From NCBI GenBank assembly GCA_963769935.1, contig CAVYNY010000011.1, forward strand, positions 544,001 through 608,000: DNA of 64,000 bases. The letters run 5' to 3'. Under the pieces are notes generated by a model that ran no database searches, was not told where the DNA came from, and was given only the letters and a program-made list of their open reading frames with translations. The stretch's first letter is position 1. Every line of letters begins with the position of its first letter. The translations under genes were made by a program, and so were the position numbers. The DNA comes from an uncultured delta proteobacterium (GTDB taxonomy: Bacteria; Desulfobacterota; Desulfobacteria; Desulfobacterales; JAFDCJ01). Shown in pieces: positions 28,360 to 40,054 of this stretch.

Positions 28360-28577
28360 GAGCTGAAACCTGCAACCTTGTATGAAACTTCTTTAAATTC
28401 GATGCCATTTTTACGAAGGGCCTCACCGCTGAGAGCGCCGAGCGCGCGGAGATTAATTTAACTTTTCTTTCTCGGCGTTCTCGGCGGGCTCTGCGGTGAA
28501 CTGTTATGTTTCTTTTTCGATCAGATTGGCTGCTATTCAGGCCAGCGGTCCGCCGGAGGCGGAACACCTGACACCAA
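28360..28577. repeat. Composite intergenic element, family C
   Basis: ctgaaacctgcaacc...tatgaaac, an internal long hairpin, gtttctttttcgatcagattgg and cacctgacacc; motifs shared with 51281 and 58290. Confidence 0.75.
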
Positions 28578-28582
28578 TCCTT

Positions 28583-30463
28583 TTACCCGCTGCCTCCATC
28601 ACCTGGCTGCTCGCTGTCCTGGGCCACCTGATTAACCGGCCAATTTTTTCTTAAATAGGTTTTGATTATTTCCCTTGCGATCGGTGCTGCGGCGCCGGAC
28701 CCGTGTTCACCGTGTTCAACCAAAACGGCGACGGCAATCTCAGGCGCTTGGGACGGCGCATACGCCACGAACCAGGCATGCGCTCTTAAATGATCCGGCA
28801 CTTCCGCTTCGGATTGGGTTTCATCCTTTTTGCGGCCGATGACCTGCGAGGTTCCGGTTTTCCCGCTGAATTCAATATCAGCCAGACTACTGCCGCGCGC
28901 GGTGCCCCGGTCGCTGTTTACGACCTCCCACAAGCCTTTTCTGACCAGTTCCAGTGCCCGCTGGGTGACGGGCACTTTGCCGGCGACCTGCGGTTCATTT
29001 TGATAAATCAGACGGCCGTCGGCGTTTCGGATCGACTCCATAATCATGGGTTTGTAGCGCGTGCCCCCGTTGGCAATCGCAGCCATCATGCCCGCCATCT
29101 GAATGGGCGTGGCCAGATTAAACCCCTGTCCGATGGCAACCGATAGGGTTTCGCCTCTCTGCCATTCAATTCCGGTGCGCTTTTTCTTCCAGGCAGCGGT
29201 TGGTATCAGGCCCCGGGCCTCATTATCCAGTTCAATCCCGGTGGGAGAACCCAGACCGAAAGCCTTTGCATACCAGGCCAGTCGATCCACTCCCAGCAGT
29301 TCACCCACCTGGTAAAAATAAACATCGCAGGATTCGGCTATTGCTTTGACAATTCCAACCTTGCCGTGCCCCCCTCTGCTCCAGCAACGATATACCCGAT
29401 TGCCGAATCTGTAATAGCCGGGACAAAAAAATTCGGTATTCTCATCAATGACACCTTCCATCAATCCGGCCACGGCGGTGATGATTTTATATGTTGAACC
29501 CGGCGGATACTCACCCTGGATGGCCTTGTTTTCCATGGGACGGAACGGGTTGGAAATCAATGCATCCCACTGCTCATGGGACATGCCGCTTATGAAGTAA
29601 TTCTGGTCAAACGAGGGACTGCTGGCCAGTGCCAGAATGCGGCCTGATGAGGGCTCCATGGCGACCACAGCCCCGGCGACCCCCTGCAGCAGCGACTCGG
29701 CCTTTTTTTGCAGCCGGTAATCAATGGTTAACTGTATATTTTGCCCGGGTTTGGCGGCAACTGTTTTTAATATCTGCACCACCTGTCCATTGGCGTTGAC
29801 CTCGACCTGGCGGCCGCCCGGTTCCCCCTGCAGAAAATTTTCAAATGCTTTTTCGGCCCCGAACTTGCCGATCAAATCCCCCCTGCGCCGTCCGGGATAT
29901 TTGCCGCTGGCAAGTTCGGCGGGATTAATTTCGCTCAGATATCCAACCAGATGCACCGCATCCTGAATGTTCAAATAATGCCGGCGCAACTTCACATTGA
30001 CCGCTATTCCGGGAAGGTCGTATTTATGCGTCTCGATGGAAGCCAGCGCGTCGCGGCCGATATCCTGCTTTAACAGGATCGGCTTGTAGGCTGAAACGCC
30101 TTTGCCGGTCGATATTTTTAACAGCAGCTCCTCGACCGGCGCATTGAGATATCCTGAAAGTTTGTTGAGGGTCTCTTCAACCGGCCGCGCATCTTTTAAA
30201 GTAACGTGGACATCAAAAGACGGCCGGTTGTCAACCAGGACATATCCGTTGCGGTCAGAAATCATTCCCCGGGGGGGATCGATATTTTGCAGCCTGATCC
30301 GGTTGTTCAGAGACAGCAGTCGGTATTCATCCCCTCGGATAACCTGCATATAAATGAGCCTTAACAGAAGTACCGCAAACGCTGCCACTAAAAATATCAT
30401 GACGCCGGTAACGCGCTGTCTGTACCAGTCGGCATCGGCTGTTTTTAAATATTTGTCGACCAT
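28583..30463 (-). CDS. mrdA: Penicillin-binding protein 2
   Basis: STYK, SCD and KTGT motifs. Confidence 0.97.
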   Translation of the reverse strand: MVDKYLKTADADWYRQRVTGVMIFLVAAFAVLLLRLIYMQVIRGDEYRLLSLNNRIRLQNIDPPRGMISDRNGYVLVDNRPSFDVHVTLKDARPVEETLNKLSGYLNAPVEELLLKISTGKGVSAYKPILLKQDIGRDALASIETHKYDLPGIAVNVKLRRHYLNIQDAVHLVGYLSEINPAELASGKYPGRRRGDLIGKFGAEKAFENFLQGEPGGRQVEVNANGQVVQILKTVAAKPGQNIQLTIDYRLQKKAESLLQGVAGAVVAMEPSSGRILALASSPSFDQNYFISGMSHEQWDALISNPFRPMENKAIQGEYPPGSTYKIITAVAGLMEGVIDENTEFFCPGYYRFGNRVYRCWSRGGHGKVGIVKAIAESCDVYFYQVGELLGVDRLAWYAKAFGLGSPTGIELDNEARGLIPTAAWKKKRTGIEWQRGETLSVAIGQGFNLATPIQMAGMMAAIANGGTRYKPMIMESIRNADGRLIYQNEPQVAGKVPVTQRALELVRKGLWEVVNSDRGTARGSSLADIEFSGKTGTSQVIGRKKDETQSEAEVPDHLRAHAWFVAYAPSQAPEIAVAVLVEHGEHGSGAAAPIAREIIKTYLRKNWPVNQVAQDSEQPGDGGSG

Positions 30464-30472
30464 GATGGTAAC

Positions 30473-30676
30473 ATTGAATATTGTCGATTGAAGATTGAAT
30501 ATTTGCGGAATTCTGTCATTTTAAATTAAGCTATCGACCGGAAATCAATCCAAATTCTAGGAAAAATAAAGAGTGAAAAATTGACAGCCTTATGGGTTTT
30601 TTCGGGAAAAAACTCAAGATTATTAGTATAGACAGAATACCACCAATATTCAATCTTCAATTTTCAATCTTCAATC
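30473..30676. repeat. Family B element copy 2
   Basis: gattgaagattgaatatttgcggaattctgtc pairs with gacagaataccaccaatattcaatcttcaat. Confidence 0.88.
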
Positions 30677-30682
30677 GTCGGC

Positions 30683-31210
30683 CTAGCCCGAATCACTTTT
30701 GCGGGCATAAATCGCTTTAAATCCGAGATCCAGCTTATGGTGCATATTTCTGAAAATCATCAGGAATACGGGTCCCGTCCAGATGGCCCATAAAACCTGC
30801 ACGATGACGGTTTTGGCGGCATGGCCGGCTAATTGCTGATCCGGACCTAAAATGGTCAGGGTACCCAAAAAAATCAGGTTTTCAATCAGCACTCCGGCTG
30901 CCACAATCAGCATGATAATAAACAGGCGATTTCCGACCTGCAGCATTTTGGTGATTCCTTTAACCCCGGCAAACAGCCAGACGTAGGTCGTTAAATATAA
31001 ACCGACCGGACTCCCGGAAAGATTGTCCATGATCAACCCCAGGAAAAGCACAAAGGGCAAACTTTCGCGGACAGACCTGGAAAGTCCCAGATAGATCACA
31101 AAAGGAATCATTAGATCATAAAATCTATCCAGCAAGGGCAAAACGGGAACAACGGCGGTCTGCAGAATCAACAGAAAAAGACAGGCGCTGATGTTGAAAA
31201 AATAACTCAT
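30683..31210 (-). CDS. mreD: Rod shape-determining protein MreD
   Basis: Hydrophobic 175-aa ORF between mreC and mrdA. Confidence 0.8.
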   Translation of the reverse strand: MSYFFNISACLFLLILQTAVVPVLPLLDRFYDLMIPFVIYLGLSRSVRESLPFVLFLGLIMDNLSGSPVGLYLTTYVWLFAGVKGITKMLQVGNRLFIIMLIVAAGVLIENLIFLGTLTILGPDQQLAGHAAKTVIVQVLWAIWTGPVFLMIFRNMHHKLDLGFKAIYARKSDSG

Positions 31211-32040
31211 TGACGGCTCACGAAATCATTCTTCGGAACATCGATGACCACCAAAACTTCCTCCAGTTTTTCGAAGTCGACAAACGGTGTAATGAAGACT
31301 TCATGGAATATATCCGCATCATGTTCAATAACCTCCGACACACGCCCGATACGCAGCCCCTTCGGGTATACTCCATCCGAACCGGATGACACGATGATAT
31401 CTCCGATGCGAACATCTTTTTTGCGCAGAACATAGTCCAAACGGCATTGATCCGTTGACTCTCCTTTAATAATCCCCCTGGCCCTGGTTCTTTGCACCAG
31501 GGCATCGACCGCACTGTTGCGATCGATGATCAGCATAACCTTGGAATAGTGATTGGCAGTCTCAATCACCTGGCCGGCAATGCCTTGGGGCATTACGACC
31601 GGCAACCCTTTGGTTAAGCCGTCGGCCTTGCCTTTATCAATAATGACCGTTTTGAACCAGGTGGAAGGATCTTTGCCGATAACTTCAGCCGCCACGATCT
31701 GTTCGGTAATATTTTTCTGGAAATCTAGTAAATTGCGCAGGCGGGCATTTGCCAGCTCGGTTTCATGCCACAGGTTGCTGTTTTCAGAGGCCTGATTTAG
31801 TTCATTTCTTAAAATTTGGTTCTCCCTGGCAACCGCTACAAGTGCAAAATAGTGCTGCCAGATGTCTTTCGTGAAGCGAATCGTGCGCGTGATCAACTCC
31901 TGGAAGGGAGAGACAAATGAAATGGCAACACGCTCAAGACCAAACGACGTGTAGCGACGGCTGTTAACTGAGAGGACAATTATATTGACGGCGATCAAAA
32001 CAATAACGCCAATGATGAGCACCAGTTTTTTGGAAAACAT
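31207..32040 (-). CDS. mreC: Rod shape-determining protein MreC
   Basis: ANARLRNLL, IDKGKADG and VSSG.DGVYPKG motifs. Confidence 0.95.
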   Translation of the reverse strand: MFSKKLVLIIGVIVLIAVNIIVLSVNSRRYTSFGLERVAISFVSPFQELITRTIRFTKDIWQHYFALVAVARENQILRNELNQASENSNLWHETELANARLRNLLDFQKNITEQIVAAEVIGKDPSTWFKTVIIDKGKADGLTKGLPVVMPQGIAGQVIETANHYSKVMLIIDRNSAVDALVQRTRARGIIKGESTDQCRLDYVLRKKDVRIGDIIVSSGSDGVYPKGLRIGRVSEVIEHDADIFHEVFITPFVDFEKLEEVLVVIDVPKNDFVSRQ

Positions 32041-32200
32041 AGATCTGCTTCGCTACGCGCTTGCCCGCTCTGCAGGGGCGAAGATTAATGGAACAATGCG
32101 GCGTAGGGTTTATTTTTTTTGTCTAAACATAACGACATAAGTCTTTGTGCATACATACACGAATACGTTTAAAGCGCGTCTATATTTGCCTGCGATGTTT

Positions 32201-33253
<1,053 letters not shown>

Positions 33254-33574
33254 TTATCGCGCACATCGATGTTCGATTTAAGGTGTTGTTTTTGTTAAAT
33301 CTCCAGCCTAAAGTCATGCTATTGAACGTTAGCTGTTCGCCTTCGAATTTTATGTTGGGATACGTGTAAACTATGTGGTGACGTAATTTTGGTTCGCCGG
33401 GAGCTAATCTTTCATGAGTTGGGAAAGAATTACAGGCCTTAAACTTAAAAGAGCAGAACCAATGCAAAGTATGTTATTTAAAAATCAGTGAATTATTATC
33501 AAGACCATCATACCATTACAAGAAAAATTAATCATCAAAAAAATGATTCGGTTATAAAAAAATTAACCGCTCGC

Positions 33575-33872
33575 GGGTTCAGGGGTTCAGGGTTCGGGTG
33601 CGGGGTGCGGGGTGCGGATGCCAGCATAGAGCAAAGGGCCCAGGGGAAGGAAGGAAGCAGGGAAGTTGAGAAGTTGGGAAGGTGGGCGGCGCTGGCGCGC
33701 AAGTTTGTTGAGTTTATTGCCCCAGTTAAATCCGCTTCGCGGATTCCTGCGGAATATCTAACGGGGTAAAAGTTGATTGGGTTGGTGCTTAAGAACATAC
33801 GAACTTACGAGCTTATCAGCTTCCCAGCCTCCCAGCCTCCCACCCTGAGCTTCTGAGCTTCTTACCTTCTGT
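33575..33872. repeat. Mosaic of 7-, 8- and 9-nt periodic repeats with a nested palindromic insert (33720-33770)
   Basis: Tracts of (ggggtgc)n, (gggaagtt)-like, (agtttattg)n and (cccagcct)n. Confidence 0.8.
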
Positions 33873-33875
33873 CCC

Positions 33876-34793
33876 TTATTCCGCGACCGTCGCCGCCTGC
33901 CGGTATGACAGAACGTGCCGGTCGGCATCCAGTGTCGCTTCGATCCCTAAAGGAATTGTAATGTTGTGCTTCCCATGACCGGCGTCGAGCCCGGCGAGAA
34001 TCGGGATGGGATAAGGTGCAAATATTTCAGACACGCTATTTAAAATGCTCTCCATGGAGCCGCAGTCTTCAAAAGACCCCAGAACGATGCCCGCCAGATT
34101 TTCAAAACAGCCGGCCAATTTCATGTGAACAAGCATGCGATCGATACGGTAAGGCGCTTCCGCCCGATCTTCCAGAAATAAAATCTTATGGGTGAAACTG
34201 GGCAAATATGGAGTACCGACCAGATGGCAGAGGGTTGTCAGGTTGCCCCCGCAAACCGCGCCTGTTCCCGAACCCGCTTTAACTGCCGTGCCTCCCGGCA
34301 CCTTGACTTCAAATCTCGTGTCCGAAGATACGGCTTGCAGCAGGGCGATTCGGGTTTCATCAGACGAGTCGGCCAAAGACGTCACCACGGGTCCGTGAAA
34401 TGTCGCCATTGCGCAACGATTGTTCAGCACGTTTAAAAGGACGGTGATGTCACTGAAACCGATGAAAACTTTCGGGTTATCCGCCATTATTTCGTAGTCC
34501 AGCAGGGGCAGAATTCTAATCGACCCATACCCGCCCCGGGCACACATAACCGCATCAATGGATTTATCGGCAAACATCTGATTCACAAATTTAGCCCGCC
34601 GCTGATCGGAACCGGCGAGATAGCCCTTGGCTTCAAGCAGCTGCGGCGGGACAAAAACTTCAAACCCCAATTTCTCCAGGATGCGCGTTCCGCGGCCGAA
34701 GGTTTCGTCATCAAACGGGCCGGCCGGGGCAACGATTCCGATCCTGGCACCCGGTTTGAGGCGGACAGGGCGTCTGATTTTTTTACTTATCAT
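33876..34793 (-). CDS. ldcA: LD-carboxypeptidase (S66 family)
   Basis: ARGGYG, IGFSDIT, GGNL, LFLED and GHG motifs. Confidence 0.92.
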   Translation of the reverse strand: MISKKIRRPVRLKPGARIGIVAPAGPFDDETFGRGTRILEKLGFEVFVPPQLLEAKGYLAGSDQRRAKFVNQMFADKSIDAVMCARGGYGSIRILPLLDYEIMADNPKVFIGFSDITVLLNVLNNRCAMATFHGPVVTSLADSSDETRIALLQAVSSDTRFEVKVPGGTAVKAGSGTGAVCGGNLTTLCHLVGTPYLPSFTHKILFLEDRAEAPYRIDRMLVHMKLAGCFENLAGIVLGSFEDCGSMESILNSVSEIFAPYPIPILAGLDAGHGKHNITIPLGIEATLDADRHVLSYRQAATVAE

Positions 34794-34860
34794 GTTCGAC
34801 AAAATTCCTCATCCTTTCTTGACAGCCCCGAATCAACATGTTAGAGGTAACAATTCGTGT

Positions 34861-34939
<79 letters not shown>

Positions 34940-35003
34940 AATTTAGATCCCGGGGAAGGGTTCCGCTTAAAAGCGGGAGCGCCCTGCCGGAAGATAGTAT
35001 GAC

Positions 35004-35043
35004 AAAAAAAAGCGGGTCGGCTAAACGGCTAATCCGCTTTTTT
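35004..35043. terminator. Bidirectional intrinsic terminator
   Basis: aaaaaaaagcggg...tccgcttttttt between convergent tRNA-Pro and response regulator. Confidence 0.75.
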
Positions 35044-35100
35044 CTTTTTTGCCACAAGGCGTTCGCAAGTCATAAAAATGCAAATCTTCCATCCTCACTT

Positions 35101-35697
35101 CTAATCTTCGTAAAGTTCCGGGTAAAGTTTTCTGGCGCAATCGGGACAGATGCCGTGGCTGAATTCTACCCCTGAATGCCTGGATATATAGGATTCGATG
35201 CGGTTCCAGTACCCCTTATCATCACGGATTTTTTTGCATTCCGAACAAATCGGCAGCATTCCCTGAAGCTGTTTTATATGATCCAGGGCTGTCTTTAATT
35301 CCGTCATCAAGCGCTGGCGTTCGATGGCGTAGCGAATGGTTCGGATGATGGCCGTGGCGGAAGGCTCCCCTTTAAAAAGATAGTCCTGAGCGCCTTTCCG
35401 AACGGCTTCAAAAGCCATAACATGGTCCCTGGCGCCGGTCATGATAATGGTCGGTATTAAGGGATGCTTTTCATGAAAAGAAATATATGAATCAAGGCCG
35501 AAACTGTCCGGCAGCGACAGATCGATAATTGCCACATCAATGGTTTGGTTCCCGGCCATCACTATCGCATCCTCAAGCCGGTCCTCGTGCACAATTTCGG
35601 CTTCGACTTCTTCAGATGATTCAAGCACCTCCTTCAAAAGGAGAAAGTCATCCACACTATCTTCAATGACTAAAGCCGTGATTTTTTGTTTCATCAT
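35101..35697 (-). CDS. Response regulator with C-terminal CxxC...HGICPDC motif
   Basis: VIED, IDLSLPD, GAQDYLFK receiver motifs; LPICSECKKIRDDKGYW tail. Confidence 0.88.
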   Translation of the reverse strand: MMKQKITALVIEDSVDDFLLLKEVLESSEEVEAEIVHEDRLEDAIVMAGNQTIDVAIIDLSLPDSFGLDSYISFHEKHPLIPTIIMTGARDHVMAFEAVRKGAQDYLFKGEPSATAIIRTIRYAIERQRLMTELKTALDHIKQLQGMLPICSECKKIRDDKGYWNRIESYISRHSGVEFSHGICPDCARKLYPELYED

Positions 35698-36149
35698 ATT
35701 CCAACCCTGCTTGGCAGCTTGACTAATTGAAGCCAAAATCCATCTATTTGTCTGATAATCTCGGTGAATTTTAAAAAATCAACCGGTTTTGAAATGTAAC
35801 AGTTGGCATGCAATTTATAGGCTTTTAGGATGTCCTCTTCCGCCTCCGATGTCGTCAACACGACGACGGGAATATCGGTTAGATTCGGATCTTGCCTGAT
35901 CTCCTTTAATACTTCACGGCCGTCCATTAATGGAAGGTTCAAGTCTAAAAGCAGCAGGTCCGGCCGTGGTTTAGCGCCATATTCACCCTCACGGCGCAAA
36001 AACTTGATAGCGGACATGCCGTCCGAAACCACGTGCACCTCCATGTGTACCCTTGAATCCTTCAGAGCCTCCAGAGTCAGCTCGACATCGTCCTCGTTGT
36101 CCTCGACCAACAGCACATTGGCTGGTTTGGGTACCTCTTGGTTGGTCAT
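35694..36149 (-). CDS. Single-domain response regulator (Rcp1-like)
   Basis: LLVEDN, PDLLLLDLNLP, VVLTTS and ANCYISKPVD motifs. Confidence 0.92.
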   Translation of the reverse strand: MTNQEVPKPANVLLVEDNEDDVELTLEALKDSRVHMEVHVVSDGMSAIKFLRREGEYGAKPRPDLLLLDLNLPLMDGREVLKEIRQDPNLTDIPVVVLTTSEAEEDILKAYKLHANCYISKPVDFLKFTEIIRQIDGFWLQLVKLPSRVGI

Positions 36150-36154
36150 GATAT

Positions 36155-37615
36155 TCACCTTCCCCTGGGTAATGTAAAATGGAAAGTCGATCCGTCTTGT
36201 GGTTGGGATTCGACCCAGATCGTCCCACCGTGTCGTTCGACGATTTTTTTGCAAAGCGCAAGCCCCAGCCCGGTTCCCGGATATTCCCGATCGGTGTGCA
36301 GCCGCTGGAACACCATAAAGATTCTATCGTAAAACTGGGACGCTATGCCGATGCCGTTGTCTTTTACGGAAAATTGATAGGCACTGTCCAGCGCCCGACA
36401 GCCGATTTCAACAATAGGTTGGGAACTTTCATTATATCTCACGGCATTCATGATCAGATTCTGGAAAAGACTCTGAATCTGGCTGGCGTCGATGGTCAGG
36501 GTCGGCAGGTGGGCGCAGGCAATGTTGGTATTTTTTTCACGAATGATCGATTGAAGATTATCCAGGACGTCTTTAACAATTTGGTTGAGATCGGCGGACG
36601 CGAACGTGGCGCCTTTGGTATTGACTCTGGATAAGGTCAATAATTGCCTGATCAAGGTTTGCATCCGCTGTCCTGCTTTCACGGACCGCTCAATATAATG
36701 CCGGCCTTTTTCATCGATTTGGTCTTCATATCGGCTCTGAAGAAGCTGAAGAAACCCGACAACCGCCCGCAAAGGCTCCTGCAGATCATGCGAAGCCACG
36801 TAGGCAAACTGCTCCAGCTCTCGGTTGGATCTTTCCAGTGCCTCTTGGGACCGCCGCTTGTCGGTGACGTCGTGGAACACGAGCACCGCCCCGATCACCT
36901 GTCCGGCGGCATCCAGAATCGGTGCCGCGCTGTCCTCGACGGGCACGGTGCGGCTGTCTTTGGTCACCAGCGCGGCATGGTTCGCCAGGGCCACCGCGCG
37001 GCCCTCGCGCAGAACGCGCGCCACGGGTTCCTCCAGCGGTTCGCCGGTCTGCTCGTTGATAATGCGAAATACATCCGTCATGGGCCGGCCCATCGCCTCT
37101 TCGACCTTCCAGCCGGTCAGAGACTCAGCCACAGGATTGACGAAACTGATGCGGCCGGCGCCATCGGTGGCGATCACCGCGTCGCCGATGCTGGTGAGGG
37201 TGACCCGCAACCACTCGCGCTGCTCGCGGAGTTGCCGGTCGGCCTGGTGCTTGTACAGCGCCAGCTCGATCTGGGTTGCCAGTTCCCGTTCCTCGAAGGG
37301 CTTGAGGATGTATCCGAAAGGACCGGTAAGCTTGGCGCGGGCCAGCGTAGCGGCGTCGGAATGGGCTGTCAGGTAGATCACCGGCACGTCATGTCGGCGG
37401 CGGATCGTCTGCGCCGCTTCAATGCCGTCCATCGCACCCTCCAACTGGATATCCATCAGCACGAGCTTCGGTCTGAGACTGCCGGCCTGCGCGACGGCCT
37501 CTGCGCCTGCCGCGGCGATTCCGGCAACCTCATAGCCGAGCTGCCGCAGTTTGCCGGCCAGGTCCGCGGCCACGATGGCCTCGTCTTCAACAATAAGTAT
37601 GGTGGTCTGGCTCAT
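36155..37615 (-). CDS. Hybrid histidine kinase REC-PAS-HisKA-HATPase
   Basis: ILIVEDE receiver, SIGDAVIATD PAS, ASHDLQEPLR H-box, GTGLGL. Confidence 0.93.
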   Translation of the reverse strand: MSQTTILIVEDEAIVAADLAGKLRQLGYEVAGIAAAGAEAVAQAGSLRPKLVLMDIQLEGAMDGIEAAQTIRRRHDVPVIYLTAHSDAATLARAKLTGPFGYILKPFEERELATQIELALYKHQADRQLREQREWLRVTLTSIGDAVIATDGAGRISFVNPVAESLTGWKVEEAMGRPMTDVFRIINEQTGEPLEEPVARVLREGRAVALANHAALVTKDSRTVPVEDSAAPILDAAGQVIGAVLVFHDVTDKRRSQEALERSNRELEQFAYVASHDLQEPLRAVVGFLQLLQSRYEDQIDEKGRHYIERSVKAGQRMQTLIRQLLTLSRVNTKGATFASADLNQIVKDVLDNLQSIIREKNTNIACAHLPTLTIDASQIQSLFQNLIMNAVRYNESSQPIVEIGCRALDSAYQFSVKDNGIGIASQFYDRIFMVFQRLHTDREYPGTGLGLALCKKIVERHGGTIWVESQPQDGSTFHFTLPRGR

Positions 37616-37935
37616 GTTTCCGCTCCCCCGAATTGGATCTGCTGCCAATCGAACATGGGAACCGGCTTGCCGGTCATAGTCGTTGTCTTTTCCGTATACT
37701 CGAAGAACAGATCGTTGGTGCTCAGGCCGGCGTTTACCATCACCGCCGGAAAGGCAGGATTGAACTTCTGATAAGCGGGCAGCGAATATCCGAACGAGCA
37801 CAGCACCAGGATCCGCTTCGGAGTGGCGGGCGTTCGGCCGGCGGGGCGGTTTTGGGCAAGGACCGCCCGGGAATCATGTGCCAGGGCGCCCAAGATCAGA
37901 AAAAAAAGGAAGATGACAAATTGCGGGCTCCGGAT
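37612..37935 (-). pseudogene. Remnant of a periplasmic sensor (ABC substrate-binding-like) domain
   Basis: Signal-like hydrophobic stretch and ILVLCSFG...LFFEY followed closely by PMFDWQQI; resembles the start and end of a much longer domain. Confidence 0.45.
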
Positions 37936-38437
37936 GCCCGGCCGGAGGCGGCCATTCTGCTGTTCCGGATTGGGTTGCTCTCCAGGCCCGGAAAACCGCG
38001 GCTCGTTTTCCGGCAGCCCCTTGGATTTCAGACGGGTGCGCTCATGAGACAAGGCCCGGTGCGGCAGCTCTTCGGAAGCCGGTTTGATTCGCAATCCTGC
38101 CGGTTGCTGAGTCTGTTGTTCGCGGGATTTATTCGCATCGAATGGATAGATGGAAAGATCTATGGGCATATTCCGAATTATCTTTTAGAATTTTTGTCTC
38201 AAAGGTACCATAATTATTTTAAAATGAAAAGGTCTTTGAGAATCGGATGCCTTGAAATACAGCTTTATTCAGATGCCGGGGAACGAACCCGAATCGTAGA
38301 TAGAGTAAAGAATCCTGGCCCAGCTTCCTGCCCCGCTTCCAGCCCGTAGGGCTTACAGGCCGGAGGGTAGGCCTACAGCCCGGCTTCCGGGTCGCAGAGC
38401 CTACAGCTCGGAGAGAGGGAGTGCCAGGCCTTCGATA

Positions 38438-40054
38438 TTAAAACAAGGGATGCTGGGGGGCGTTTTCCACTTTTCCGGTTTGCATGTAATTGGATATGAT
38501 GCCTTTTTTATATGCTTGATCGAATGCCGCCACAATGTCCGGATCAAACTGCGTGCCGGAACCTTCATGGATCACCTTGAGAATAATTCTTTCTTCCATG
38601 CGTTTGCGGTAGGCTCGATCCGATGCCATGGCATCATAGACATCGGCCACCGACAGGATACGGGCCAGAAAGGGGATCTGTTTTGCTTTTAAACCATCCG
38701 GATATCCGGTCCCATCGAAGCGTTCATGATGGCACCGGATAATCTGCCTTTCTTTTTCCCACATGCCCAGCTGTTCCAGGATATTGGCGCCGATTGCCGG
38801 ATGTTCTTTGATTTTTTCAAATTCCTCCTGGGTCAGCCGACCCGGTTTCAGCAGTATGTCGTCCCGGATGCCGATCTTGCCGATATCGTGAAGGTGACCG
38901 GCAAAATTCAGAATATCCAGTTCTTCTCCCGTGCACCCCAGCTGTCGACCGATGATCAGCGATATGCCGGTTACCCGGCTGGAATGCTGTCGGGTATAGA
39001 GATCCCGGGCCTCAACGGCATTGACGAATGCATACAGGGTCGCGAACAGATTTTCATAAATATTTTCATATAGGGCCAGGTTCTCAATCGATTGGGCCGC
39101 GCTCTGAGCCATAAAGGCAAGATAATAAAGGTCTTTTTCGCTGAAACGGACCATGCCTCCCAGAATACCGGCCGTCAAAACACCGAAAACTTTTTCGCGG
39201 ATTTTCAGCGGCACGAGCATTACGGAAAGCACATCTTTCGGCAGCCCGCGGGCTCCGTTATTTTGCGAAACCAGCAGCGGTATCTCGTCGGATACGACCT
39301 CCATAATCAGGTGGACCAGCGATGACGGATCGACGGAAGGCACTGCGGCGGCCCGGTTTTGACCGTGCAAGCAGTCGGCCGGGGGTTGCTTTGTATCTTG
39401 TTGAACCCGCTGGACAATGGCTGAAGCCACTTCAAAGGGCTGTTTGACGGATTCGTTGATGACATAAAAATTGGTGAAATCGGCATGACTGATATCAAGG
39501 GCCAGATCGACGGCACGTTTAAAGACATCGGCGGCGGAAACAATGCTGGTAAACTTGCTCATTATTTTGTTTAAAATATTGAGTTCTTCTACCTTATAGA
39601 TTAATTCCTGGTTGAGCAGTTCGAGGCGCTCCTTGCCCCGAACCTCCTCTTTTAAAAGAACGTTTTCGATAAAAAGTCCGCGTTGCCGCAAAACACGCTG
39701 CATACACAGTTCCATCTGCTTGAGATTGACCGGTTTGATTAAAAAATCAACGACGCCGTTTTTTATGGTCTGAATCGTATTTTCCAGGGATGGGTACCCG
39801 GTCATGACGATGACCGGCATGGTGTTGTCGTGCAGCCTGATATTTTCAGCCAGATCGAGCCCATTCATGACCGGCATATTGATATCGGTGAAACAGCAGT
39901 CCACCTTTTCATGCTCAATTATTCTCATGGCCTCCGCACCGTTGCCGGCGGTGAGGATTCGGTAGCCCTGTCGCTTGAAAAATTCAGTGACGACTTTCAG
40001 GATACTCTCTTCATCATCCACAAAGAGAATCGTTTCTTTTTTTCGATCATCCAT
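38438..40054 (-). CDS. REC-GAF-HD-GYP c-di-GMP phosphodiesterase
   Basis: FVDDE receiver, LHDIGKIG and HHERFDGTGYPDGL motifs. Confidence 0.92.
   Translation of the reverse strand: MDDRKKETILFVDDEESILKVVTEFFKRQGYRILTAGNGAEAMRIIEHEKVDCCFTDINMPVMNGLDLAENIRLHDNTMPVIVMTGYPSLENTIQTIKNGVVDFLIKPVNLKQMELCMQRVLRQRGLFIENVLLKEEVRGKERLELLNQELIYKVEELNILNKIMSKFTSIVSAADVFKRAVDLALDISHADFTNFYVINESVKQPFEVASAIVQRVQQDTKQPPADCLHGQNRAAAVPSVDPSSLVHLIMEVVSDEIPLLVSQNNGARGLPKDVLSVMLVPLKIREKVFGVLTAGILGGMVRFSEKDLYYLAFMAQSAAQSIENLALYENIYENLFATLYAFVNAVEARDLYTRQHSSRVTGISLIIGRQLGCTGEELDILNFAGHLHDIGKIGIRDDILLKPGRLTQEEFEKIKEHPAIGANILEQLGMWEKERQIIRCHHERFDGTGYPDGLKAKQIPFLARILSVADVYDAMASDRAYRKRMEERIILKVIHEGSGTQFDPDIVAAFDQAYKKGIISNYMQTGKVENAPQHPLF

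Noticed and set aside
36179..38349. Long plus-strand ORFs (151, 375 and 238 aa)
   Set aside because: Antisense shadows of the GC-rich kinase region, with no recognisable motifs.
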